A stretch of DNA of 64,000 bases from Haliotis cracherodii. Its lineage: Eukaryota. The stretch lies in assembly GCF_022045235.1 (NCBI RefSeq), contig NW_027266343.1, forward strand, positions 51,552,134 through 51,616,133, in the 5' to 3' direction. Below the pieces are notes generated by a model. That model was not told the DNA's origin. It saw only the letters and a list, made by a program, of their open reading frames with translations, and did no database searches. A program made the position numbers and the translations under genes. Below are positions 13,391-27,062 of the stretch, one piece after another. Each line of letters starts with the position of its first letter. The first letter of the stretch is position 1.

Positions 13391-13593
13391 TTGTTGTTGA
13401 TGAGCTATTGTCTGTTTGACAAGAACACTCTTAATGCTTTGCTCCATTGCATACTTCTTGGCTCTTGCTATGGAATCTTGTTGTGATGATCCTAATTTTG
13501 GCAGGCTGAAGGGTTTCATCTCTCTCTTCGCACCCGGACCCTCCAGAACAGACCCTGTCTGGTCCGCTTGAGGAGCAAACAGCTCATCATCAT
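13391..13593 (-). CDS. PUF60: PUF60 exon 3 (…[37 protein letters not shown])
   Basis: Near-identical to the human PUF60 N-terminal conserved block (…[32 protein letters not shown]). Acceptor ccacag, donor GTAAGT. Confidence 0.85.
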
Positions 13594-16500
13594 CTGTGGC
13601 AATAATATACTAGTAAGTCAAAGTCAACAACTTGAAGCCTATCCATGTCTGTCTTACCAACAAACCTGGCTTCATACATTCCGTCAGAAATTTGGATACT
13701 GAACACAACTAAAACTAACTCAAGACTAAAACCAAATCTCACCCGTCCTGCTACACCCAAATTCTCAACCAAATCAAGTCCCTTTTCTCAATTTGAAAGT
13801 CAACGAGCGGCAAAGTTGAATGCAATGTGTAAAGACAGACACGATGGCTTCCTGAATCAACCAAGGAATAGAGGTAGACAAGGTTAAAACCCAGAAACAA
13901 GTGACAATTTGATGAAAAAGCTGTACTTCACATAAACATGTTTACCGCAGTTAACGTGGTGTATGCTAGGCCTCTGTTTTTGCCCTACTAGTGGGCTGAG
14001 GGGCCTGATCAGGGACAGAAGCTGTCATTAACCTGGCTCATAGGTGACGACACTTAGTGCTTCTAAACCAGTATGAAAAACATAGAAACAGAAGAGAAAG
14101 AAATCATTAGTAATTGGCATATAGGAGTCTTCTTGCACATCATCTGGAACTGAACGTCTCGCCTGGAACAGAAAGCAAGAGTTTGGCATACATGGGCCTA
14201 CAGCCCGAAAAGGAACCAGCACTACTTGTGTAAAAGCTTTGGATTCATAACCAGACATTGTGTCAAAGGTCTGCGACTAGCCTAACCTCTTCTGATGGAA
14301 ATTAGTGACAAAATTCAATCTGCCAATATAAAATCACAATTATTACCTGGACACTGACATTAAGCTTTCTGTAGTTGCACTACAGGTGCAAAAACTACCA
14401 CAGAGTTTGAGTTTTGATTTCCCTTTCTCACTACACAGGACTCAGGGCAAGAACTATCCCAGGGGCATAGCATCATGTATTAGAACCAAGGATCTTAAGG
14501 TTTTACCTCCTAAACTTGACTTTAAAAACTTCAAGTAGAAAAGCAAATGGCCAAACTGATCTGAAATCCTACATGCAACAAGTGTGTACCACAAAAAGCT
14601 CAGAAAAAAGTTCCAAAACCTATTCCATTTCTGAGACAACATCTCCAGAACAACAGGAAAGATGACTGCATGCTGAATTACCCAACTTCACTAGAATCAA
14701 AACTGACTGGGAACTGACAAATAATGAGATTGCAAAGAATGCCTACATCATTGAAATGAGTCTTATGCCACAAAACCATTATCACTGAGCTATTACAAAA
14801 TGTCATGGCAATCTGTCCATATGTATAATATACAGATTACCCACCATGCCCATAAGTAAACAAACATAAGATACACTCACATAACACTAGAAAACATTAA
14901 GAAAATATTCTCAACATGTTACTTAGTGTAGCAAAGTGTTTTGTTGAGTGGCTTGATTGCATAACACCCATTTAACAATGCTTGAGCAAGGATGAGAACA
15001 GAGTTGGTTGTCGAGAATCTCGTCTTCTATCTGTAAAATAAAATAATAGTCATCGCTTCTACAAATTCATAACATCAAGTCGGTTGCACTTAGGATGACG
15101 TCATGAGTATTCTACTTTCAATGAATAGCATCTGAAATTGAGAACATTTTAAGAGTGTGAAACAAATTAAAGGATATTCACATTATGACATACAAATTAA
15201 AAATGAGAACTTTCTTAAAATGTCCTCAATTGCAGCATTATTAATTTTAAATATTTAATACTAAGGAAACTTCAAGACAATGTGCTTGCAAAACATCTGT
15301 TACTAGTACAAGCATCATACCCACAAACTAATAACTTTGGTTCACAGAAAACATTTGTACCCCAATTTCAACATAGAGTATACACACAATAAACAGGAGG
15401 GTTTTCCCCATTGAGAACCTAAACAATGTCAACTTGTTATTGTGCTTGATGTAACCATTTCATAGCCAATCGGATGGCCTTGCAGCTCATCAGACACGTT
15501 TCACGCGGAGACAGCCTCTGTATTATGTCCACACGCTCCTGTTGAAAACACAGAGACAGAGAAAGGGACAGCATTAGATCACTGCCTACTTAGCAGCTTC
15601 GGGCTACCTAACAATATATGTCTACTGATCATTCATTTCTCTTGATCATATTCAAGATCTCAAAACATTTTTTGGAAAACAATAGAAGACAATTGTTTGT
15701 GTTTAATGACAACGAATCAGGTTATGTTTAATACGCATGTCTAGTTTTTTTTCAAACTTTTCTTTTTCAAATAAGTGAAGAACCTTTGAGGAAAGAAGTG
15801 CTGAGTTTGAGATTAGATAACATGAAGTAGCTGTATGATTAATCAGAATGACGCTGAGGGCCGTTGGCAGTTGATTCCGGCATTCACTACTCAGTATGAG
15901 TCAGTAGGTTATCATGTGGATGGAATTCTCGGGTCCCCCATTTTCTTACATCAATATTTCTGACGCTGAAAATACATGGAGAGAAAGAGGCATATGTCAC
16001 TGGGACAACAATTCAAAGTATTCAGTGGACAGACAAGAAAGCAGTCTTTGACGCATTTCAACAAGTGAAAATGTGCCCAGCATTTTTTCTGATATTTCAA
16101 ATACACACCAAGGATATTTATCAAGTCAGAAAAGCACCTTTGGGTTCATGGAAATATATATGCACAGAATTCTTCTAAGAAATGTCAGTCATGTTGATAT
16201 TCTTAACATTTGTAAACAGATACACAGCATGATCAGAAATGCTTCTCTGTATATTGCAAGTTATCCTGGACGCTTTCAACAGGCAGAGTAGTCTCCCTTT
16301 GAGTACTTCTTGGAATCCTGAGGATCATACAAAACACAGGAAGAGCATAGATTTTAGCTGTTGTCTCTCATGAAAACTGCACACCACACAAAACTGACTA
16401 CATACTAAATACCATGACTGAATATTATGTATTTCTAAGTTCAGAAAGAAATGTGTCATGCAAACAAATTTGCGATGCTATGTGACGTAGCGTAACATAA

Positions 16501-17187
16501 TAGAGTTACACACCATGTTTCAGTATCTTTCGTCATCAGAAACAACTTAACTAATACTGAGTAGTCTTAGTTGTTAAAAACAGTGAATGGTCAACAATTG
16601 TCGTAAGTGGGCAAAACACTGACTCCCTATTAGTCATGCCGACAATTAGAATTTTGAACAGGTGGAAGTTCAGATTTTTAATATTTCCTTCTTACTGGTA
16701 CAAACTCATGCAAGCACATCCAATAACTGACTACATTGGCAGTTTCCTTTTAGTTGTTCTAATACATCCTATAAGCTACACCTGGGAAACTTGGGGAAAT
16801 CTTGGAATCAGGTTAACTGAAAATATAGAAGGTAAAGTAGAGACAAAAGCACAGGTTCATCAACCTATACCACACTTTGGGTCATTTTCATTCCATGAGT
16901 AATGATGCATCGTTTCACATTTATTTTGAGGTTGCTGTACAATACATTAATATTTAAGAAAACATTTGCAAACATCTGTGTTTACAAGCAGATGTTTCTG
17001 CTGTTGTGGAAATATTTTCAAGAAAATAACATGCAACATACATATCAATTATTGACAAAACTAAGTTGCAGCTCTTGGATAAACTTTGCTACAGTGTAGA
17101 CAGGATAACATTGTGATGTTCCTATTGTATTCCAACTGTAGCTCCATCTAACCAAAGCAGGCTAAAGGAAATGAATGCAGTGTATAC

Positions 17188-17254
17188 CTCTTTCAACCTT
17201 CATCTTCTTAAAAGCTGGTTCACCGTCAGGACCTCCCAACACTGGTGCGGGAGC
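17188..17254 (-). CDS. PUF60: PUF60 exon 2 (APAPVLGGPDGEPAFKKMKVER)
   Basis: Acceptor ttttcag and donor GTATAC. Phase (0 -> 1) links exon 1 to exon 3. Only weak similarity to the PUF60 N-terminus. Confidence 0.5.
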
Positions 17255-18860
17255 CTGAAAACATCAACAAGGTGATCAGGTATTTTGGAATTTTGCTAAT
17301 TACAACCTGATACTTAACAAAACATCCCATCTGCAAAACAGTGAACATTCACGACAATAACAGTTAAACCTTTAACAGTGTTTGAAATTAAACAAAGTAA
17401 AGGGGTTGTGGTCATGGCCGCAATGTTAAAAGGAAACATATAATGGGTCCTTAGATGGTAAATACTTCATGAAAAGCTCAGTTTATAAATGTCCATGTAT
17501 GAACACCATGATGATGTGAATCCAAATGAGATTGAGAAAATCATAGGAGAATATTAATGAACTGAAATATTTGCTCTTTGTGGATGCTATGTATGATATA
17601 TACATACACACTTACTTTCCTTTTATGGTGTAATAAATACTACATATAAGTAGATCTGCAATTTTTTGGAGTGCCAAAAAAATTTAGGAATACAATAAAA
17701 CTTAACAATAAATGTGTCTCTTACCAATATATCATGGAAAAAGTATGTGTCACCATGTGTGTGTGTAGATTGTTATCAATTTGTTCAGTACCCCTTAATT
17801 ATGAGGGTGGGAAAGTCTATCACTGCATGTAAGTGTTGAGAATTATTTCAAAACATATTATGTTAGTGATCGATTTTGGTTGGTATCCTTAATCACCATC
17901 TTCAGATCTGGATCTGCTCCGAGGCCAATATTTGCCCCCAAGTCTGCAGCAAATGTCACTAAAAACGCTTCTGAACTTCCAATTTCATGTTTAGTGAGTA
18001 TGGTTTTACGCCGCTTTTAGCAATATTCCAGCAATATCACGGCGAGGGACACCAGAAATAGGCTTCACACATTGTACCCATGTCAGGAATCTAACCCGGG
18101 TCTTCCGCGTGACGATCGAACGCTCTAACCACTAGGCTACCCGACCGCCCCCAATTTCATGTTTAAACATAATGTGACAGCTTTGTAAAGATGTCTTGTA
18201 TTTCACTGAGAACAGGGTCAATAAAGAGGCTTCATTGTTTCGATATAAATTAATGCATCAATTCGTCAATTTCGAAAATAAGAGCTCACAAAGCCAATTG
18301 TCAACTAAATAATGACTGTTCGCCAGTCATTGGCACTTTGTTTGGAATCCTACATAAATTCCCCACATAATATTAATAATCATGCCTTGGACAGAAATGA
18401 TGCTAGATTCCATGCCTCAGACTCTACACAACTAAGCCACAGAAATTCTTAGGCCTGGGAGAAGACCAGAAGCAAAAACCTTTCTATGGTGCCAACTGCG
18501 CATGTTTAAACTTGCAATAGGCCTAGTTAGGCTAAAGATTTTTTACTTTGACTAAACCCCGAAGCCAAAGCTGCAAACGCAATGCGTTTTAAACAACTAA
18601 TAACAAGAATAGAGAACTAGTGACATGTTTTATTCAAGAATGTCAGCGTACAATTACAAAATACGGTCAATATATAGGCCTACGTGTGGACGCGACGTAC
18701 AATGAGCGAAGCATGTGCGCAGACAAACCAAAATGGCTGCCGTAAAATTTTGAAAAACGAAGCCGGGAAAATGATCAGCATTAAAGAGAAACATGCGACT
18801 AATGCATTTGAAAATATAATATTCTGATTCTTGAGTATCTTAATATCAATGTTACAATAC

Positions 18861-18944
18861 CTGATCGGCAACGTCGCCATTAACTGGCTCCGCTAACATA
18901 TCAACTCCTGGAGCAGGAACGGCCATCCTGCCTTGATCGATCAT
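18861..18944 (-). CDS. PUF60: PUF60 coding exon 1 (start ATG at 18942-18944; MIDQGRMAVPAPGVDMLAEPVNGDVADQ)
   Basis: ATG followed by an open frame, then donor GTATTG at 18860. It is the 5'-most exon that is phase-compatible with the downstream PUF60 exons. A second in-frame ATG lies at 18924-18926. The 5'UTR/TSS is presumably about 18945-19050. Confidence 0.6.
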
Positions 18945-20831
18945 CTGCGCGCATGGGTTAATGCAAAGAACGAACTGTGAGGTGGAATCGGATTCAATTT
19001 CGCGTCGCAAAAGCTTCGGGGAAATACGAACTGTGATAATAAGAAAATCAACACATATTATAATTTAGACGCATGGAATTTACTATATGGTTTGATAACT
19101 AACAATGTCGAGAATAATATGAATTAAAAGTCATACGGTGGCTGCCTGTTACGACACAGTTTTGGCTTGAACACCACGGATTTATAACGTTGTTCAATTT
19201 GAAAATTACAAGACTGGGAGTTGGTCTGTATTTGAAAAGCATAGCGTATTGTATGTAAATTACTCTCCAGTTACTGAATCACTGCCACGTAATTCCTAAG
19301 GGAATATGATACTCGATATTTAATCTTCTGATCAATATGAAAATTGGACTTTGGGGTAGTATTTACTCGTTCCGGTGAATACCCCGGTTTCGATTCCGCA
19401 AATTGGTGATGTCTTATTTTCACGAGCCTTGCTATTTATAAACTATTGCTAAAAGAGGTATAAAACCCATATAATTCTGTTAGTTGTTCCTTGCTTTGAA
19501 AAATGAAGTTGAAAAGATTGCTTATGTCATCTAAAACAAAACTTGTTTACCATAGAAAGAGTAGTTCGTGTTTCCATCTCTCAGAGCAATACATGTACTA
19601 ACATGGTCCCTATTACACCAAGCTTGTCGTAAGAGGCGACTAAAATGGATCGGGTGTTCAAGCTCGGTGACTGAACGAGTGTTGTTTTACACCGCAGTTC
19701 GTAATATTACAGTTATATCACGTCTGTAGATTATCGAGTCCTTGGAGGGTCACGCCAGTGGTTGACAGCATCAGAACTGCTCCGCCCACATTGTGCTGGG
19801 ACACAATCAGAAACGGTGACCAATCGATTCTCATTTTACTGGGCGCTAGGCAGTGTCTGAAACTCAGCAGAGTAAACAGAGAACCTTAAGGGACAACACA
19901 TTTAAAACAAACAAAACTGTAGGCCCAGTGGAAAAAACAAACTGTAGGCCCAGTGGATAACGGTAGGCGTTTTAGCTAAAGTAGGGAGGCACTCTTGCAA
20001 TATAAATTACAAGACACAACCAATCAACCAGAATCTTTTACTGCTATCACATCCAGTTCCCAGAGTCTCGGTGGTGATAGATGAAGCCTATATTTATCAG
20101 GAAATTATCAGCTTGAAAAACATCTTTGCGACTACATGTCATACACTATTTGAATGGTCTAATCGTACTGTTTATAAATATGAAAGTTATTTGTCACATT
20201 ACTTAAATAATGCTAAATAAATAATTACTTAGATAAACTATTTTCTAAAAACTATCAGCGCGAGAACAAATCTGTCGGCCTCGGGCCTACGGGCCGATGT
20301 CTATTTCGAACACTGGTGCTTGGACAATATTCTCAATTGGAATGCCTACACTGGTGCACTGGTGATGCGCTAGCTAGCTGATTTATAAAAAAATGGTGTT
20401 TAATGTCGTGTTCATACTAGGCCACTGACACAGCGACGTACGAGGGGCGTTCAATAAGTTTTGCAACTTCAATATATGACCAAGTCGCAGAATATCTTTT
20501 GCACTTTTATTTTTCAATATAATCTCCATTCACCTCAATACATTTATTCCATTTGTCCTTCAAGCTTTTAATACCACTTTTATAAAAGTCCGCTGATTGG
20601 CCCTCTAACCACGCCTCTGTGGCAGCCTTTATGTCCTCGTCATCCTGGAAGCGTCTTCCACGTAGGGCCGATTTCATAAATTTTGCCGGAACAGGAAAAA
20701 GTCAGTGGGGGCTAAGTCTGGGTTCGAACAGTTAAATCACCCACCCTACAGCCCAGACTTAGCCTACAGCCCAGATATTCTGCGACTTGGTCTTAAATTG
20801 AAGTTGCAAATATTGAACGCCCCTCGTACAT

Positions 20832-20837
<6 letters not shown>

Positions 20838-20878
<41 letters not shown>

Positions 20879-20930
20879 CGTGTGTGTGTGTGTGTGTGTG
20901 TTTGTGTGTGTGCGGCTGTTTTTGCTAGTC
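20838..20930. repeat. (GT)n microsatellite
   Basis: Direct reading. Generates the CVCVCV ORFs. Confidence 0.95.
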
Positions 20931-21539
20931 CGGGCTTATGCCCGATTTATAGTGCTGGCCCACTCAGATACCATGCCGCAGTTGAACATGACCACCCCAC
21001 TCAGACACGGTATACTCCAAGCCGACCAGTCCTCGTTATATCTTCTTTATGGCGAACGCCAGCCAGGGTAACAAAAAATACCAACTGTTAACGTCTATTG
21101 GTACATGACTGTGCCAGGGTATCGAGCCACCGACGTCCGACTCTGCGAGCTGAATCACACAGACACACACACACACGCTAGAAGATATATATGTGATGTA
21201 TCATTTGGTGATCACCCACTATGTGATGTAGCGTGTTGGGATCACCCACTATGTGAGACCCGCGAAGATCTGGGTTAGAACAGGTCTTCAGCAACCCATG
21301 CTTGCCCAAACAGACGACTATGCTTGTCGCAAGAGGCGACTAACGGGGTCGGGTGGTCTTGTTCGCTGACTTAAAATTGGTTGATGCATGTCATCGTGTC
21401 CCAATTGCGTGGATCGATGCACAGGAAGTCGATCACTGGATTGTCTGGTCCAGACTCGAATATTTACAGACCGTCATTTAGCTGGAACATTGCTGAGTGA
21501 AGCGTCAAACAACAAACAAACCACTATGTGATATAGCGT

Positions 21540-21850
21540 GTTGTGATCACCCACTGTGTGATATATCATGATGTGATCACCAACTAGGCGATATAACACG
21601 TTCTGATCACTTCTGGGTGATATAGCATGCTGTGATCACCCACTATGTGATATAGCATGTTGTGATCACCCACTATGTGATATATCATGTTGTGATCACC
21701 CACTAGGTGATGTATCATGGTATGGTTTTTACCCGATAGGTGAATATAGAATGTTGTCATAACCCGCTTGGTGGTGGAGCATGTTTTCAACATCCGCTAG
21801 TTAAATAAAAGGTTGTGATCACCCACAATGAGATGCAGTATATTTTGATC
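21540..21850. repeat. 30-bp tandem repeat (tgtgatcacccactatgtgatatagcatgt), about 10 copies
   Basis: Direct periodicity. More copies lie at 21180-21260, separated by a SINE insertion. Confidence 0.85.
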
Positions 21851-22785
21851 ACCCATTATGATGTACACAAGCATAGTTATTATGGTCACCCGCGCTAGGT
21901 CTTCATAATGTGACGATCACTCTCTCAGATCTACAGCATGGTGAGATCATGCACACACCAGGTGATTTGAAGCATTTCTTATCCACAAGGGAAGCCGGAT
22001 AGAGGGCATTAAATTTCTGTAGTGCCCTTGTGAATTACGGATTTTCCCACAGTCGTGGATGATCACCTTTTCAGATAGCATGTGACAATCCGCTATTAGT
22101 TTTGATGTAGCATATGTTATATGATCACCCGCCAAACCTGTGATCACCCGACAGGATATGTCTTGGGGGATTTCGTACTGAAAAAAATGAGCCTCTGTCA
22201 CAAGAATTTGAGCAGCAATTTGGGCCCGGTTGCACAAAACGATCTTGGTTCCACGACTATAAGTATATATATTCAAGTATGTCGAGTAACAATCGTCACA
22301 AGTAGGCTCGCTTTGTGGAACGGGGCTTTGTTGTCTGTAAGGGCAGGCACTGAACCCAGGTCCATTTACGTTTTAAAGATGAAACTTTGAAATAATTTCT
22401 TTTAATTTTTTGACATAATGTTAGTTGTGTCAAAGTGTCTAGTCATTTTCATTAATATGAGAGAGTTTTCAACAATTTCAATTTCAAGCTGAATCCACAT
22501 TCGTCGAGTTAAATTCTTGTTTTAGTGAACACCGATTAGGCAGTTGGGGGAGTGAAAGATCAAGTTAGTATAGCTTAATTTGTGATTTTCATATTCCACA
22601 GTTAGGGATACAAACGACATGATATTTTGCAAAGTATGATTTTGGTAAAAGAAAGACAATTTTGACTTTGGTCTATATTATTTCTGCGAGCCTTGTATTT
22701 ACTGCTTTTAAAGAAAGAGTACTTCCGGTTGAAAACACGTGGTTAGACAACAAACACACACTTCAGCGACTAACGAAATATTAAC

Positions 22786-22942
22786 ATGGGCAAGGATAAG
22801 AAAGAAAAGCGCAAGTCAGAGGGAGGCGAAGACGAAGAGAGAGAAGATTCGTGGGATGAAAAGATCCGCTACTTATGTCCGATAGCTGCACCTTTAGCGT
22901 CTCGTAAACTGACAAAGCGTTTGTACAAGACGGCAAAGAAAG
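22786..22942 (+). CDS. NHP2: NHP2 exon 1 (MGKDKKEKRKSEGGEDEEREDSWDEKIRYLCPIAAPLASRKLTKRLYKTAKK-)
   Basis: ATG at 22786. Matches human NHP2 …NPIAQPLASRRLTRKLYKCIKKA… Donor GTAAAG at 22943. Confidence 0.9.
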
Positions 22943-25546
22943 GTAAAGCAGTCGGCTTTGGAGTCTTTTCCCACTTGATGCCCCAAAAGTTATTTTGGCC
23001 ATGCCGTTTGTTGCGAACTTCGCAATTCCAGAAACCTGATGTTCACACGTAATACACTGGCTGTTGTATATTGTGTCTCAACGCCATGCCGAAATTACAA
23101 TTGTTAAACTTTGGTTTGTACACAAACAAGCGGCGGCTAATTTCTAATATGCTGGTGGAGACGTATGTAGAAACTACCCAGGCAAATATATGTATAATTT
23201 CCAAAAGGAATTTTACGATGCTATATTCCTGCATAAAACGCACTAAAAGTGGATCCCTGCGGTCCAGTGAACTGGACATAAGACTATGTACCGTATGTGC
23301 TACTAAACATCACATCATAAGATTGAAAAAGTGTACATATCAGAAGTGATGTGATATGCTCAAATATGTAATGTGTTGCCTGCACCCAAAAGTTAAGCAT
23401 AGAACGTATGTAGTTGCATTTGCCAAACTGAATTTACAAAAAGTTATGGTCTTTTGTTTGAGTTCTGTGGAAATACTCTTTGCTGTGTACTTATGCTTAG
23501 TTGTCCAGGCTCCTTTCTATCGTGATGAATACCCTTGACCATTTGCTGACATGACTTTGTTTTGAATCCTGTTCCTACACAATTTATGTGAACAACTCAA
23601 AATCGTGTTCTAAAAATGAGACATTATTAACTAATTAATCATTCATGTCTTAGACTTTGAGAAAAACTGCAAGGGTATAAGTTAGCTACTGTACACCATG
23701 TTTCCGAGGCAGGGAAGGTAACTGACTATAAAAGTCCATTTTCCACCATTGCCGAACCAGGCTGGAATTCTGGAGTTACATTTGGATGGACTAAGAAGAT
23801 TATGCATAGTCCAATAAAAATCGCGAAACGAACTTGACACCCAATTCGTAAACAACATGGATTTCAGCATGCAGATGTCCGTCAACTGCAGGATTTGCAA
23901 AGCATGTGTACCATCAACTGGTAAACTTGAAAATCTTTCCATGTGGTTTGATGCACTTCGTGGGGCAAGACCTGATTTATTACAATTTATAGCTAAAATG
24001 GATAGAATTATCATTAAACCTCAAGCATGTTATCAGAAATGAGCGTGCCACTGTAACTTGATAATGCCCTCATATTGCTTGACAACGGGCCATTATCATG
24101 CCCGTTGTTAGGTGACGTCATAGGATAGGGATAGGGAACGTCACCTTCAATAGTGACGTCATCTGGTTTGTTCTGTTTGGTTTGGTTTGGTTTGTTTTTT
24201 AACGCTGCACTCAGCAGGACCAGACAATCCAGTGATTAATATCATGAGCATTGGGATCGATGACATGAATCAACCAAGTCAGCGAGCCTGACCACCCGAT
24301 CCCATTAGTCGCCTTTTACGACAAGCATAGTCGCGGTTTGTTCTGTGACGTTTCCATATCTGTAAAGGTGGGTCAGTGACATTTGTGTTGATTGCAGTGA
24401 ATGTTTCAAAACCAATATTGTTGTTTTTCTTTATTAAGTAACAAATTCCATCCATTTTAGCTATAATAAAGGTAACATTATTTTTCAGGGCATCATCATT
24501 TGCAGAAGCCCTTGGTCTTTTCAACTGTCCCCCTTTGTCAGGTAGTTTATGGAAGACCTCAGGCTTCTGCAAATGATAATTCCCTGAAAAATAGCATACC
24601 CTTTTAATAGATCTTGATTATCAATCAGATCATCTTAATTGGGCGCCGCCATTTTGTTTTAATCAAATGCAAACAATACGAACTATGGAAACTTATTGGT
24701 CAATAAGAGGGACATAGAAATGACTAAAGTGGTAATAGCCACTAGTGGCACTACGATTGAGCCTGGAAATTCGAGCCTAGTTCGGTCATGGTGGAAACTG
24801 GACTTTTGTGGTTAGTTAACGCCCTTGCCTGGGGAAGATACTGTACACAAACCTTACCCCTAGATGAAATTTTTCCCATGGAAACCCAGAGACAGAAAGT
24901 TTCAAAGTCCTAACTGACAAAAGGCACCAGTTCTTAACTCTGCAGTTGCCCTACCTACAGTTCAGCACTTGTATCTGTTTTCAAAGTTTCACAATAAATA
25001 ACATCCAGATTTGATTCCCACATTGGTACAAAGTGTGAAGACCACAATGATATTGCTGAAAGCTGAGCAAAGTCATACTCACCAATCACCCGACAGAGGC
25101 AAGGAGAGAGATTTTATTACACTTTGTTATCTGTCACATCATTTCGTTTTTGTTTGTTTGTTGTTTAACGCCACACTCAGCAATATTCCAGCTATATGAC
25201 GGCGGTCCGCAAATCATCGAGTCTGGCCCAAACAATCCAGTGATTAACATCATGAGCATCAATCCGTGCAATTGGGATTGATGACATGCATCAACCAAGT
25301 CAGCGAGTCTGACCACCCGATCCCTAATTTGAGGGGCTATTAGAGTCCTTGCAGAAATATCTGTTCCCAAACAGACTTGACCAAGTCTGTGGTAATGAAA
25401 CTTATACTCAGGTTGTAGTTTTGTTTTGTAACATGTCATGTTGTGTTAAATAGTTCAGATGGGTGTAAGATTGCTTGTTTGTTTGAATCAGAGGTAGCTC
25501 CTGTCATCAGTCCAGGTGTAATACATACTTACTCTATTTGTTTCAG

Positions 25547-25619
25547 CTTACAAGCAGCCAAAACATCTCGTACAGGGAGTCCGGGAAGTACAGAAGGCAA
25601 TCCGCAAAGGCGAGAAAGG
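25547..25619 (+). CDS. NHP2: NHP2 exon 2 (AYKQPKHLVQGVREVQKAIRKGEKG)
   Basis: Matches human KQKQIRRGVKEVQKFVNKGEKG. Acceptor tttgtttcag, donor GTATGT. Phase 1 -> 2. Confidence 0.9.
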
Positions 25620-25657
25620 GTATGTATTCTGATGTTTTACTTTCTTTGGACCCGTGA

Positions 25658-25895
25658 AGATCCGGGGTAGAATAGGTCTTCAGCAACCCATGCTTGCCAT
25701 AAAAGGCGACTATGCTTGTCGTAAGAGGCTCGCTGACTTGGTTGATGCACTGTCATGGATCCCAATTGTGTGGATCGATGCTCATGATATCAATCACTGG
25801 ATTGTCTGGTCCAGACTCGATTATTTACAGACCGCCGTCATAAAGCTGGAATATTGCTGAGTGCGGCGTCAAACAACAAACCAACCAAACCAACT
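25658..25895 (+). mobile_element. SINE family A copy in NHP2 intron 2
   Basis: Over 85% identical to the 33482-33750 copy. Confidence 0.85.
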
Positions 25896-26059
25896 TTATT
25901 TGGTATCTTTACATGGTGCATGGGAATACATAGCTGTACATTTAAATATAGTAAAGAATCACCTCTGCCCTCGGTCGCACATGATAAATGTGGGAATAGA
26001 ATATTACTTTTATGTACAGCTATATGTTCCTCTGCTTGTTGGTACTAAAATTATATGAG

Positions 26060-26260
26060 GCAGTGGGAGTGAAGCAGGATGCTTTTTGAGGCAGTGTTTT
26101 TGGGAATCAAGCAGGATGAAATTTGAGGGGGTGTTCTGAGGTCAAGCAGGATCAAATTTGAGGGTGGGGTATATAGTCAAGCAGGATCAAATTTGAGGTG
26201 GGGGGTTATGTTGTCAAGCGGGATGAATTTTGAGGCAGCGTTGTGTTAGTCAAACAGGAT
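26060..26260. repeat. 40-bp tandem repeat (gaggcagtgtttttgggaatcaagcaggatgaaatttgag), about 5 copies, in NHP2 intron 2
   Basis: Direct periodicity. Confidence 0.85.
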
Positions 26261-26293
26261 GAAAATTGACACAGATTTCCGTGTGTGTTTCAG

Positions 26294-26399
26294 CCTAGTG
26301 GTGATAGCTGGCAATGTGAGCCCAGTGGAGGTGATCTGTCATGTGCCGCTCATGTGTGAGGAGGCCAACATCCCCTACTGCTATGTCCCCTCAAAGGAG
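26294..26399 (+). CDS. NHP2: NHP2 exon 3 ([35 protein letters not shown])
   Basis: Matches human IMVLAGDTLPIEVYCHLPVMCEDRNLPYVYIPSKTD (L7Ae fold). Acceptor gtgtgtttcag, donor GTAAGT. Confidence 0.92.
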
Positions 26400-26457
26400 G
26401 TAAGTCCAGCTGACCAGCCTCTGCTACATGTCACAGTCACATGGATCATTTCTCCAC

Positions 26458-26640
26458 TGGTTGGGCGGTGGGGTGAGCCTGGTGGTTAAAGCGTTTGTTT
26501 GTTACCCCCGAGACCCAGGTTCGATGCCCAATATGGGTACAATATGTGAAGCCCATTTCTGGTTTCTCTCCCCAAGTGATATTGATGGAATATTGCTAAA
26601 AGCGGCGTAAAACCAAACTTACTCAGGCACTGGGGCTTGT
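26458..26640 (+). mobile_element. SINE family B copy 59 bp downstream of NHP2 exon 3
   Basis: Sequence identity to the other family B copies. Confidence 0.85.
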
Positions 26641-26769
26641 CTGGTCCAGACTCGGATCATGTACATGCTGCCTTGATTAAGCTGGATTATTGTAGACTGC
26701 AAGACAGCATTCACTTAATCACTGGGTTCTGTTAATCCAAGTAATTAAATATAATATAAACTGTTAAGA

Positions 26770-27062
26770 TGCAGGGTGGGGGGGCACGGGTGGCCCAGTC
26801 ATCTAAGGCGCCGCGATTCGCTGTGCAGAGTTGTGTCCCTTGGGCACGCCAGAAACCTATGATTGTGGGTTCTAATCCCAGTTTGCCCCGATTATGTCTC
26901 TAGGTTTGTCAGCACCATACCCGTGCTCATGGGTTTCACCGAAGTGGTAAACATCTGAGACTTACATCACTTTGGTCTTTCCTCCCACATTAAGCTGACA
27001 CGCCGTGATATAACTGGAATACTGTTAAAAGTAGCGTTAAACCATACTCACTCACTCACTCA
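26770..27062 (+). mobile_element. SINE family D copy in NHP2 intron 3
   Basis: Over 85% identical to the 55942-56219 copy. Ends in a (ctca)n tail. Confidence 0.85.

Larger units (their letters stand above)
18945..22785. promoter_or_regulatory. Divergent intergenic region between the PUF60 (-) and NHP2 (+) start codons; presumed promoters at its two ends
   Basis: Inferred from the gene models. No TATA or Inr was verified. The region is largely filled by repeats (SINE, (GT)n, 30-bp tandem array). Confidence 0.35.

Noticed and set aside
20705-21091. ORFs 20705-21091 and 20838-21071 (CVCVCV… proteins)
   Set aside because: Translation of a (GT)n microsatellite plus SINE sequence.
22781-23002. 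Minus-strand ORF overlapping NHP2 exon 1
   Set aside because: Antisense of a well-supported, highly conserved NHP2 coding exon.
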